From Chiloscyllium plagiosum (lineage: Eukaryota): a stretch of DNA of 64,000 bases. The stretch spans positions 10,394,954 to 10,458,953 of the forward strand of contig NC_057755.1 of assembly GCF_004010195.1 (NCBI RefSeq), read 5' to 3'. Under the pieces are notes generated by a model, which saw only the letters and a program-made list of their open reading frames with translations, was not told the origin of the DNA and did no database searches. Shown piece by piece: positions 40,085 through 52,159 of the stretch. A program made the translations under genes and the position numbers. The stretch's first letter is position 1, and every line of letters starts with the position of its first letter.

Positions 40085-41980
40085 CTGATGATTAGCAAAG
40101 GGTTAAAAAGGACCAGCAAATGGCGCCACAAAGTAGCACGTGGTTGTAAAAGGGAACAGATTAGGAAAAACGACAGGGACAGCAAATGATAAGCAACTGT
40201 ATAGTGAAATAAAACGAGCTGAGGAGCAATGATGGTAGAACAGTTGAAATTAATTTCTCAATATTCACAGTTGAATATGTATTTTTTTTAAACATAATTG
40301 CCTTCCTTCCTCGTTTTTTCATTCAGTAAGTCAAAGGGAGGTCAAAACACGCACGAACAATGACAACATTTGAAAGATATTTTGAGAATAACAAGAGTAC
40401 AAAAGGCTCAGAGAGATATCAGTGAACAGGCAAGGCGGGATGGTTTAAATGGTAATGTAGCTTGGACCACAGGGTCTATTTCTGTGCTGTGTGGCTCTAT
40501 GACATTCGGGGTTAATCGAAGGTCAGGACTACATAGCATTCAATTTCTTCCACTCTAATGGGATGTAAAATAGTGTCAATGAGCTTACCTGTCATGATAC
40601 AATGAATGTAAATTTAAGTAAAGCTTCAGTATGGTCTGAACGAGTATTAAAGTCCTGAAATGTAAAGCTGAGAGGAAATTGATACTACATATCATAAAAA
40701 AATTATCTGAGGAATAGAAAGGGCAGGATGACAAGTAAAGAAAGATTCTTTCTGAACAATATTGTTCTATTTCATTGCAATCAGTTTTTATTTCCATTTT
40801 TTCGAGTCATCTACATGGTGGTGAAACATCTGGACGGAATTCAAAAAATTAGAAACATTTACATTGTTTGATAATGAATGAGAAAGATTTTTGTCTGCTG
40901 GACTTTTGTGATATATTTCAATGGAGCAGTGCCAAATGTAGCAGAGCCAGAATGGTTTGAGATAATTCGATTAGATTACTCACAGTGTGGAAACAGGCCC
41001 TTCATCCCAACAAGTCCCTGATGATTAGTAAAATATTAATAAAAGGACCAGCAAATGGCGTCACAAAGCAGCACGTGGTTGTTAAAGGGAACATATCAGG
41101 AAACGTGTCAGGGACAGAAAATGATAAGCAACTGTATCCTGAAATAAAGCGAGCTGAGGAGCAATAATGGCAGAACAGTTGACATTCATTTCTCACAATA
41201 TTCACAGTTGACAATATATATTTTTTTAAATATTAATTGCCTTCCTTCCTCGTTTTATCATTCACGAAGTCAAAGAGAGATCAAAACATTCGACACCAAG
41301 AGGAAGTTGTACATGCACATACAATGACAACTTTTGAAAGACAATAAGAGAATAACAAGAGTACAAAAGCTTCAGAGAGATATGAGTGAACAGGCAAAGG
41401 GGGATGGTTTAAATTGAAATGTAGCTTGGACCAAAGTTTCTATTCTTTGCTGTGTGGCTCTATGAGCCTCGGGGTTAATCGAAGGTCAGGACTGCATTGC
41501 ATTGAATTTCTTCCACTTTAATGGGATGTAAAATAGTTTCAATGAGGTTACATATCATGATACAATGAATGTAAATTTAAGTAAAGCTTCAGTATGGTCT
41601 GAACGAGTATTGAAGTCCTGAAATGTAAAGCTGAGAGGAAATTGATACGAAATATCATAAAAAACTTATCTGAGGGATAGAAAGGGAATGATCGCATGTA
41701 AAGAATGCTTCTTTCTGAACAATATTGTTCTATTTTATGGCAATCAATTTTTATTTCCACTTTTTCGAGTCATTAACATGGTGGTGAAACGTCTGGACGA
41801 AATTCAAAAAATTGGAAACAGTTATGTTAGTTGATACTGAATGAGAAAGATTTTTGTCTGCTGGACTTTTGTGAGACATTTCAATGGAACAGTGCCAAAT
41901 GTCGCAGAGCCAGAATTGTTTTTTGATAATTAGATTAGATTATTTACAGTGTGGAAACAGGCCCTTCATCCCAACGAGCC
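40085..41980 (+). repeat. Recent direct tandem duplication, ~935-960 bp unit
   Basis: 40085-41017 vs 41018-41980, much more similar to each other than to other array units. Confidence 0.9.
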
Positions 41981-42243
41981 CACACCGACCCTTTGAAGAG
42001 CAACCCTCCCAGACCTAATCCCCTACATTTTCCCCTTCACATAACAGTATGGGCAATTAAACATAGCCAACCACCTAACCTGCACATTTGTGGACTGTGG
42101 GAGGAAACCGTAGCACCCAGATGAAACCGATGCTGACAAGGGGAGAATGTGCAAACTTCACACAGACAGTTGACTGAGGCGGAAATTGGGCCCGGGTCTC
42201 CACTGCTGTGAGGCAGCAGAGCTAACCACTGTGCCACCGTGCC
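41930..42243 (-). mobile_element. tRNA-derived SINE (HE1-like, elasmobranch)
   Basis: Reverse complement begins GGCACGGTGGCACAGTGGTTAGC (A box), degenerate B box, core TGTGTGAAGTTTGCACATTCTCCCC, CR1-like tail ending (CTAAT)n. Confidence 0.85.
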
Positions 42244-44007
42244 GTAACAGATAGAGGAAAATTTTAAAGGGTGGTGCAATTATCTGTAAGTGACTGAATT
42301 TTGAAAGGATTACAAGATTGGAGCAATCTCAGGGTAAAGACAAAGTCAGCATAGACATACGCTTTCAGTTGAGAGCTTTGACCAGTGGCAGTTTGACCAG
42401 ATGGGTCACTACATCTCAGGTTAGTGGAATGTTTGGGAAACAGAACCCTGCAAGATAACCTGAGTTGGTGTAAGGATTGAATGATGGTCTCATTAAGTGA
42501 TCCACAATGCAACTGTGCTAAGTTTGTACGTCATGCATTCAATTGATGCATAGGTTAGCTGGTCAAAAAAAATTGTTTGAAAACCTCAGAATTTTTGATA
42601 GCGTCTGTGGAGAGAGAACATACGTAACGTTTCGGTTGAATAATCCTCCCACAACACGGAAAGAACACACGACCTTGACATCCGAAGAAATGAACATAAG
42701 GTGCGCAGCTTCATGTTACAATTGCAAAAAGCACAGATGCACCATTGTGATCTTCTTTCCGTAAGGTGGAAGTGTGTGATTCTCTAGGATAGGGTGACAA
42801 CATTTATGTTCGATAGGCAGCAAGCGGGACTGGTTTAGCTTGTAATATAGATTGGAATGAAGTATCTGTTTCTGCACTGCATGACTCAACGAGTTAATGG
42901 AAGGTCAGGTCTGTGTAACATTCAATTCTTCCCCTCTAATGCGAATAAGGTAGTGTCAGTGATGTTACATGTCATTAGACAGTGAATATAAGCTTTAGGA
43001 AAGCGTCGGTGTGATCTGGACCAGTATCAAAACCTGAAATGTTAGGACCAACTGACCACAGTCGTGCGCTCTCAGGTGAGAGCTTTCACTAGTGGTAGTT
43101 TGAGCAGATGGGTCACTACATCACCGGCAGGTATAGTGATTAAGAAACAGAACCCTGCAATGCTAACATGAGCTCGTGCAAGGATTGAATGGTGGCATCA
43201 TTAAATGATCTTCAATCGACTCTTCCAACTGTGTGCATCACACATTCAGATAGGTCAGATGGTCGCAAATTCAAAGAGAATATATGATGAAAATAAAAGA
43301 AATTGCTAGAATTGCTCAGCATTTCTGATAGCCTGTGTGGAGAGAAAACACTGGAAACGTTTCGAGTTGAGTGATCCTTCCTGAGAACTGCACGAACACA
43401 TGGCTTTGGCATCTGACGCAAAAAATAAAAGGTGTGCAGGTTCTTGTGGAAATCACGGATGCACCGTTGTGATCTACTTTCCCTTAATGTGAAAGCATGT
43501 GACTCGATAGGACAGGGTGACTGCATATATATTTTACAGACAGCAGAATATTTTTCATGAAAGCAGAAACACAGTCTTTATTCAGTTCGATGTTCACTTC
43601 CTTGTGCTGCACGATGACATGATAACGAAATACACTGCCTTCAAATCTATGAAAGAACCATATATTGGGAAAAAGAGGGAAATGCATCAACTTTGAGTGG
43701 TTCAAGTACCTACATAAAATTTATTCTGAATTGTAAATTTACAAATATAAACTACTAATTACCTTCTCAACATGCAGAACAGTTGAACTTATTTTTAACT
43801 GAATACGACGTTAATTAAATAAAAACAAAGTCAGCACAGAACGACTGGAAAAATACAGTGTGATGAGTGCACTCGAATCGGAAGACAAAAGGAAAATGTA
43901 ATAAACAGCAGTACTCTTTGCAAATGCTTCAGTAAAGGAATTGAAATCATACATTTGTAACAAAATGTTAATGAGATTATTTGACATGCCATCATTCATT
44001 TTCAATA

Positions 44008-44013
44008 CATATA

Positions 44014-44052
<39 letters not shown>
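44008..44052. repeat. (TA)n microsatellite
   Basis: Direct reading. Confidence 0.95.
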
Positions 44053-44055
<3 letters not shown>

Positions 44056-44414
44056 ACTGTGGGAACATAAATAATCTGCAGTTCAATTCTTCTGTATTGA
44101 TTCGCCACTTTCAAACCAGAGGATGAATTCAAGCAAAAAAGATACAGTACGATAACAATACGTGCTGTTGTACATAAGCACGTTTTCAAAGTTTCTTGTT
44201 TCACAAATATAATAGACAGTCCTTTGAGGACAAGCTGAAATACAATTGTAGTATGCAAAATGGAGACTGACACTCCTTCACCCACTGTTGGAACTTGGGA
44301 ACAAAGAACTTCATTAAGCCTGTTGAGAACATGATTAATCTGTGAAGTTGTAATTTTATAAGTTGTGCGTTTTTTTCAGCCACCCAGTAATGTTACAAAC
44401 ATCTATCTTAACAG

Positions 44415-44480
44415 CTTCCGATGCCAGCACTCAAACATCTTGGCGTGATTCGACTGCAGACAGACGAGATCGGTCAAATG
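44415..44480 (+). CDS. Candidate 66-nt exon c3 (ASDASTQTSWRDSTADRRDRSN)
   Basis: tcttaacag| and ATG|GTAAGT; phase 1-1 open. Confidence 0.5.
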
Positions 44481-46852
44481 GTAAGTGTAAAGTATAAATT
44501 GCAAACACATAGACTCCAATTACAGCGTTTTCTTTTCAAAGATGACAGGACATTACTTTCTGTGCAAAAAAAAATGTGATTAGAGTGATTGCATTGAAAT
44601 GCAAAATTTAAATAGTTGCTTGATATAATGCACACAAGTATTTCGGAAACACTTTGCCTTCTTAATTTTTAACTTGTTGTTGACTCAATTGATTGCGTGG
44701 GATGACTAATTTAGGTCAATGTAAGCAATGACTGCAGAGAAGCACATAATTTGTCACTCAATTCCTTTGAGATTGTTTTCCAATTTCTTGCTTGAGAATC
44801 ACGGCAAAAAGGCATATTTTGTAAGGGAAACCAATTTCAGTAGTTTATTCGACCAATGCAAAAACAGTATCGATCCTGATGATTGGGGGGGAAAAAAGCC
44901 GAGCAAACAGCGCCACGAAGCCAAGTGTGCTCGTGAAAGGGATCATTTTAGGAAGCATGTCAAGTTCGTCAAATTACAAGAAATTTCATCGTGACATAAA
45001 GCAATGTTATGCGTAATGATGGCACATTAAAGACTCAAAATGTGGTATTTCCGATGACTTTGGAGAAACGACAGACCTTTTAAAATTACTTTCTCCCAGT
45101 AAATACAGTTGGAAATATCATTCTGTGAACCTTTACTTCCCTTCCTCCCTCATTTTATCATTCAGAAAGTCAAAGATAGTTCAAATCAATCAACACCAGG
45201 ACAAAGTTGTAAATGCAGGTAGAGTTCCGCCATTTGAAAGATATTTGGAGAGCTCCAAGAGTACGGAACATTCAGAGAGATCGGGGCGAAACGCATGCAA
45301 ACGGGACTGGTTTAGATTGTAATATAGATTGGATTAAATTGTCAGTTTCTGGGCTGCATGACTCAGTGAGTTAATGGAAGGTCAAGGCTGCGTAACATTC
45401 AATTCGTCCCCTCTAATGCAAATAAGATAAAGTCAGTGATGTTAGATGTCATTACACAGTGAATATAAATTTTAGTCAAGCCTCAGTACGGTCTGAACCA
45501 GTATCAAAACCTGAAGTGTAAGGACAAATTGACTACAGACGTGAGGTGCGTGATTTAACCAGTGGTAGTTAGAGCAGATGGGTCACTACATCGTCGGCAG
45601 GTAGAGTGGTTGAGAAACAGAACTCTGCAATGTTAACCTGAGCTGGTGGAAGGATTGAATGGTGGCGTCATTAAGAGATATGCAATCCACTGTGCTAACT
45701 GTGTGCATCACACATTCAACTGATGGTTAGGTCAGGGGGACAGAAAGTCGAAGAGAATATATTATCAACAAAAATAGAAATTGCTCGAAACGCTCGGTAT
45801 TTCTGATAGCCTGTGTGGAGCGAAAACACTGGGAACTCAACACTGGGATTGAGTGATTATTCCTCAGAACTGCACTGTGTCTTTAATACCTGAAGCAAAG
45901 AACAAAAGTAGTGCAGGTTCGTGTTAAATTGTGGAAAGCACTGATGCACAGTTGTGATCGACTTTCCCTTAATGTGGAAACATGTGACTCTCTAGGACAG
46001 GGTTACGACATGTATATTTGACAGACAGCAGAATGTTATGAATAAAAACAGAAGGACAGTATTCATTCAGTTCGAAGGCAACTGTTTTATATTGCACGAT
46101 AATATGATGACGAAATAGAGTGTGTTCAAAACTACCAAACCCCAGAGTTTGGGACAAAGTAGGAAATGAATCAACTTTGTGTGATTCAAAAACCCGCAGA
46201 AAACATGTTTTGAAAGGTAAGCGTGCAAATAAATTACTCAGTACCTTCTCAAAATGCACAAAAGTTTAACTAATTGTTGCTGTTATTATACAAAAACAAG
46301 AGTCAGCACAGAATGTTGTGTAAATATACTGTGTGTTGGGTATGTCCGAATCCGATGGCAAAGGGAAAATGTTATTTGGCCTTGCTCTTTGCAAGTGCTT
46401 CAATAAAGAAATGAAATCATAATTTTTTAACAAATTGTTCACAAGATTATATGACGTTTAATCATTAATTTGCAACAAATATACCTATATATAACTGCAG
46501 GAACATTAATACTCTGCAGTTCAATTCCTGAGTTGATTCTCCACTTTCAAACCAGAGAATGAATTCAGGAAAAAAATCAAGTTCAGAACGGCAATTTGAC
46601 ATGTTTTATTGCATAAGCACGTTTTCAAACTTTCTTATTCCACAAGTAGAGTACACAGTACTGTGAGGACAAGATTAAAAACTGTTGTGGCAAATGCAGT
46701 GTGAACTGATGCTCCCTCACTCACTGTTGGAACATCGGAACTAAAATACTTAATTGAGCCTGTTGAGATTGTGATTGAGCTGTGAATTTGTAACTTATGA
46801 GTTGTGTAGTTCTTCAAACTGAAATAAATTTTGCAAACATCTAATTTAACAG

Positions 46853-46918
46853 CTTTCGATGTGAGCACTCAAACATCTTGGAGTGTTTCGACTGCAGACA
46901 GAAAAGATATTTTGAAAG
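46853..46918 (+). CDS. Candidate 66-nt exon c4 (AFDVSTQTSWSVSTADRKDILK)
   Basis: tttaacag| and AAG|GTAGGT; phase 1-1 open. Confidence 0.5.
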
Positions 46919-47715
46919 GTAGGTTTTAAAATGCAAATTGTTCCCGACATTGCAAACAAGTAGACTTCGAATACATTTTTAAAATGGGATGACAGTCAGG
47001 ACGTTATTTTCTGTCAAAATATAATGCGTTTATAGCGCTGTAATTGTAAGAAAAAATAAATATAATTGCTGAATTTATTGCTTAAAACATCTTGGAAATC
47101 ATTCAGATGAGAAACTTATAAGGTATTGTTAACTAAATCTATTGAGGTGCCATGACTACTTTTGGATAAATGTGAGCAATAACTGCAGGGGCATTTAGTA
47201 TATAATCCAATTCATTTGAGTTCATTCTTCACTTTTTAACAAGAGAATGAGAACAGGAAGAAAAACTGACGTCAGGGAAATCAATGTCAAATTTTTCATC
47301 TACATATCCGAATATTACATCGCATCTGATGATTAGGAAAAGATTCAAAGACCAACAACAGCCAGAAATGCACTTACATGAGCTGATAAGCGGGAATATG
47401 AAAGGAAACTTGCCAGGGACATCAAAACGATAATAAATAACGTAGTTTTTTGAAGCTGGTTCATTAAAGATGGGCCATTATAGATGGCTACGGGGAAAAC
47501 ACAGAACAGTTGAAATTGCTTTGCCCAAATACTGAGTTTCTGATGTATCATTTTATAAAATATTAATGTTCCTCCTCCCACCTTTTTACGATTCAAGAAT
47601 GGACAGATATGTCAAAATTATCAGCAAAAAAAGGAGATTGTATATGCAGGTACAATCATAACATTTAAAAGACATTTGAAGAGTGATACGAATAGGAAAT
47701 GTTCAGAGGGATATG

Positions 47716-47777
47716 CCCTTTTTCCAGCACCACACTCTCGACTCCAGCCAACAACATCTGCAGTCCTCACTTTCTCC
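47716..47777 (+). mobile_element. ~60-bp PLE terminal fragment
   Basis: Matches 56765-56823; AGAGGGAT direct repeat at 47705-47712 and 47779-47786; absent from paralogous units. Confidence 0.7.
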
Positions 47778-48696
47778 GAGAGGGATGCCGGCCAAACACA
47801 AGCGAACAAACCAGTCCCAAAGTTTAATTTGCGAGGCAAGTTAGATCACAGAGTCTCTTTCGTGCTACATGACTCTTTGAGTCCAGATGATTATCATGGT
47901 CGTTGCTGTGTAACATTCTATTTCTCCCTCTCTAATGCGATAGAAGAAAGTATCAATGCAGTTACTTATTTCTAAACATTCAATATAAATTTTAATGAAG
48001 TTTTGTTATGGTTGAGCCCATCATCACGGCATGAAATTTAAAGTCCATAGGACACAAGGCAAAGGGACAGAAAATATCAAACATTATCAAAGGGGTAGGA
48101 AGGAAGTGAAAAAGAATAATAAATTTTCATTTGACTAAATTAGTACATTCTTCTGGGTTCCACGCCAATCATTTTTTATTCCAATTATTTATACTTTATC
48201 CATACAGTTTTAAAATTGCTGAAAGGAATTCAGGAAATTGACAACCGTTCAGACAGTTCACGATCAGTGATACTGAATGAGAATTTTTTTTTTGGCTGCC
48301 AGACTTTTGTGAGGCACATCAATGGAACAGTGTGAAATGTAACGGAGCGAGAATGGTTTGTGATAATACATTGAGGAAAGTTTTAAAGGGCGATGCAATT
48401 AAAAATAAATGACTACATTTGAAAGTATTACAATAATCAAACAATATCACTTTAATCACAAAATCGTCGCAGATGTGCCCTATCATTTGAGACTTAAGAC
48501 TGGTAGTGATACTTTGACGATGTGGGTCACGAAACCTCTGGCAGATCGAATGGTTGAGAAAGAGAGAGTTGCAATGGTAACCTGAGCTGGTGGAAAGATT
48601 GAATGGTGGCCTCATTAAGTGATCCCGAATCCAACTGAGCTAACTGTGTACATCACACATTCAATTGATTAATAGGTCAGATGGTCACAAATTCTG

Positions 48697-49078
48697 GAAT
48701 AGTGGTGCTAGAAGAACACAGCAGTTCAGGCAGCATCCGAGGAGCAGGAAAATCGACGTTTCGGGCAAAAGCCCTTCATCATAAATACAGGCAGAGCGCT
48801 TGAAGGGTGGATAGATAAGTGAGTGGAGGGTGGTGGTGGGGAGAAACATCCATACCAATCAACCACATCGCCCTGTGGCCCAACATTTCAACTCCCCCTC
48901 CCATTCTGCCGTGGACATGGATGTCCTGGGCCTCCTTCACCGCTGCTCCCTCACCACCCGACGCCAGGAGGAAGAATGCCTCATTTTCCACCTCGGAACA
49001 CTTCAACCCCAGAGCATCAATGTGGACTTCAACAGTTTCCTCATTTCCCCTTGCCCGACCTCACCCCAGTTCCAAACT
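48697..49078. mobile_element. PLE fragment with inverted pseudo-LTR
   Basis: HRPVAQHFNSPSHS...EEECLIFHLGTLQPQSINVDF on +; hammerhead motif on - at 48753-48782 with C3 mutated. Confidence 0.85.
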
Positions 49079-49577
49079 GTGTTTGTTCGAATTGGAAGAC
49101 AAGAGGACAGTGTAAAAGTTTTCCTTACTAATTACAAATTCTTCAGTAAGAAGTTGAAATCATAATTATTTTTAACAAATTGGTAGCTCGATTATTTTGC
49201 ATTCGATATTATTTTTTGAATACATTTATGCAGGAACACAAATCTGCAGTTGTGTTGATTCTCCACTTTCAAACTACAAAAGTAATTCAGGAAAAGTCAA
49301 GTACAGAACGGGAATCAATTTCACATGTTTGTATTACATAAGCACGTTTTCTAAATTTCTTGTTTCACAAACAGATTACACAGTCACGTGAGGACAAGAT
49401 GAAATGCAATTGTATTATGCACAATGCAGACTGATACTCCCTCACCCATGGTTGGAACCTTTGAACAAAGTACTTCATTGTGGTTGTTGAGAATGTGATT
49501 GATCTGTGAAGTTGTAATTTTATACGTTGTGTAGATATTCAGACACCCAGTAATGTTGCACACATTTATTTTAACAG

Positions 49578-49643
49578 TTTTCACAGTGAGCACTCAAACG
49601 CCTTGGAATGATTCGGCTGCAGACATAAAAGATATTCCAAACA
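49578..49643 (+). CDS. Candidate 66-nt exon c5 (VFTVSTQTPWNDSAADIKDIPN)
   Basis: tattttaacag| and ACA|GTAAGT; phase 1-1 open. Confidence 0.45.
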
Positions 49644-50634
49644 GTAAGTATTAAATTATAAATTGCAGATCATCTACACGACATTGCAGATAAGTAGACT
49701 TGAATTACAGCATTTTATTAAACAAAGATGAGAGTCAGGATCTTATTTCCAGTGAAAATATTGTGTAGTTAGAGTGTTGGCATTGTAATGCAAAATATAA
49801 TTAGTTGCTAAATTTATTGCACACAAATATTTCAGAAACCGTTCGAAGTATTAACTTTTAACGCATTGTTAACTCAATCTATTGAGGTGGGATGACTAAT
49901 TTTGGATAAATGTGAGAAAAGATTGCAGGGAAGCATGTGGATTGCCAGTCATTTCCTTCGAGGTCTTTTCTCAATTTCTTACTTGAGAAACAGAGCAGGA
50001 AGCAAAATATTGTAAGGGAAATCAATTTCAAAAGTTTACTGTAACATTGAAAAACTAGCGTATATTCTAGCAATTGGTAAAAGATAAAAAGACCAGCAAA
50101 CAGCGCCAAGAATCAGCGTGTGCCAGTAAAAGGGAGCACATTGGGAATCGTTCTAGGGACGTCAAAGTATAAGAAGCTTTAGATTTACATAAAGCAAGCT
50201 GATGAAAAACGTTGGCTCAATGAAGTCTGAGAGTGTGGTATTTTCGATGAATTTGGAGAAAACACAGATCTGTTCAGTTTACTTTCCCTCAGTATTTATT
50301 GTTGAAAATGTGCTTTTGTGCAATATTAATTAGATCCCTCCCTCCTTTTAACATTCAGAAAGTCAAAGATAGATCAAAACAATCAAAAATAAGAGGAAGT
50401 TGTACATGCAAGTATAATGGCAACATTTGAAAGACAGAAAGAGAGGTACATGAATACGGAAGGTTTGGAGAGATACGGGCGATATGCAGACAAACGGAGC
50501 TGGTTTAAATTGCAATATAGCTTGAAACAAAGGGTCTGTTTATGTGTTGTGTGTCTCTTTGAGCCTCGATGTTCGTGGACGGTCAGATCTGCGCAACATT
50601 CAATTTGTTCCCCACTAATACGATATAAGATAGC

Positions 50635-50808
50635 ATCAGAGAGTCATGGAGATGTACAGCACGGAAACAGACCCTTCAGTCCAACTCGTCAATGCCGACC
50701 AGATATCCCGAACTAATTAAGTCTCATCTACCAGTACAAGGTCCATATCCCTCCAAACCCTTCCTATTCATATACCCATCCAGATGCTTTTAAATGTTGC
50801 ACTTATAC
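50635..50808 (-). mobile_element. CR1/SINE 3' tail fragment
   Basis: agagtcatggagatgtacagcacggaaacagacccttc...; absent from paralogous units. Confidence 0.75.
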
Positions 50809-50880
50809 TCAATGAGGTTACATATCATTTTACAGGGAATATAAATTTGAGTAACGCTTCAATATGGTCTGAACCAGCAT

Positions 50881-50966
50881 AAAGTTCTGAAATGTAAAGT
50901 TGAGAGGAAAGTGAAGGGAAAGAAAAGTTCTGAAATGTAAAGTTGAGAGGAAAGTGAAGGGAAAGA
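50881..50966. repeat. Perfect 43-bp tandem duplication
   Basis: AAAGTTCTGAAATGTAAAGTTGAGAGGAAAGTGAAGGGAAAGA x2. Confidence 0.95.
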
Positions 50967-52159
50967 TAAAAAAAAAATCTGAGGGACAGAAAGTGAAGGA
51001 TAGCAAAGAATGAATGTTTATTTCTGTATATTGGCTTTTGGTTTTATGGTAAGCAGTTTTTATTTCCACTTCTTAAAATTATCTAAATGGTGGTGAAAGT
51101 GCTGGACGGAATGAAGAAAATTGAAAACAGTCCAGAAATGCCATGTTATTTGATACTGAATGAGAAAGATTTTTATCTGTCGGGCTTTTGTGAGACAGAT
51201 CAAAGGAACATTATTAACTGTAGCAGAGCGAGAGTGGCTTCAGATATTGCATTGAGAAAAGTTTTAAAGGGTGGTGCAATTATCAATAAGTGACTGGATT
51301 TTGAAAGTATTATAAGAACTCAGTGTAAAGACAAAGTCACCCCCAACATACTCTATTAGATGAGTGATTTGACCGGTGGCTGTTTCACCAGACGGGTCAC
51401 TGCAACTCAGGCAAGATGAGTGGTTGAGAGACATAGCCCTACAAGGTTAACCTGAGCTGATGGAAGGATTGAATGGGGCCTCTTGAAGTAATCTCCAATG
51501 CAACTGTGCTAACTTAACACGGCACAGATTCAATTCTTGGATAGGCCAGGTGATCACAAAGTCAGGAAGGATATATGATCCACCGAAACAGAAATTGCTT
51601 GAGTAGCTAAACATTAATGATAACATCTATGGAGAAAACACAGCCAATATTTCGGTTTGAGTGATCTTTCCTCAGCAGTGAATAAAAACATCTCATTGAC
51701 ATCTGTAGCAAAGAACGAAAGGAGTGCACGTATATGTTGCAATTGTGAAAAGCGCAGGTGCACCATTGTGTTCTACTGTCCGGAATGTCTAAGGATGTGA
51801 CTCTATAAGACAGTGTGACAACTGTTTTGTACGAAGCCATAAGCATTCATTAAGCAGGCAGCCCCAAACCCAAACTTTGTCATTTAGTTTGGTAAGTGTA
51901 CAATGAAAATTACCTGGAGTGACATAACCAAGTTGACTACTAAATATTAAAACAAAAAACGATTTATTTACAAAGTTACACAATGATACACAAAGAACAC
52001 AATGAAGAAATCTTCAATCAATCTAAAGTGACTTAATTGTGCTGTTCTGAATATGCACAACAGTCCCAATAAGTAAACCCCATTTAAAAAGCCAGTGTAA
52101 ATGAAACAGGTTGATGTTTCGGTGCACAAAGAGATAGACAGAGTTTCCAACAGCTCCCT

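Larger units (their letters stand above)
15590..51820 (+). repeat. Diverged, hierarchical tandem segmental array (at least 7 units, TE-interrupted)
   Basis: Anchor GGGAAA(T)CAA-like at ~20815, 32947, 35853, 40045, 44825, 47275, 50016; anchor GATACTGAATGAGA-like at ~33872, 36788, 40870, 41832, 48269, 51152; same embedded CR1 3' relic in each unit; 15590-16370, 17600-18400 and 29030-29470 are paralogous. Confidence 0.9.

Noticed and set aside
20858..47340. Recurrent CTGATGA in array units as hammerhead cores or C/D snoRNA C boxes
   Set aside because: No stem II followed by GAAA-NUH, no conserved D box or terminal stem; motif lost in some units
35462..49643. 21-nt butyrophilin/BG-type heptad micro-exons (CTGCAG|21 nt|GT)
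   Set aside because: The internal acceptor lacks a pyrimidine tract, the upstream TTAACAG is better, and the peptides are not coiled-coil heptads; kept only as a possible alternative acceptor
33000..51820. miR-430/302-type microRNA cluster (AAAGTGC at ~33817, 36733, 51097)
   Set aside because: Seed not conserved across units and no complementary arm for a hairpin
7400..51820. Ig/TCR locus (octamers, repeated units, leader-like exons)
   Set aside because: No V/C domain exons, no FGxG/WGxG J segments and no heptamer-spacer-nonamer RSS found
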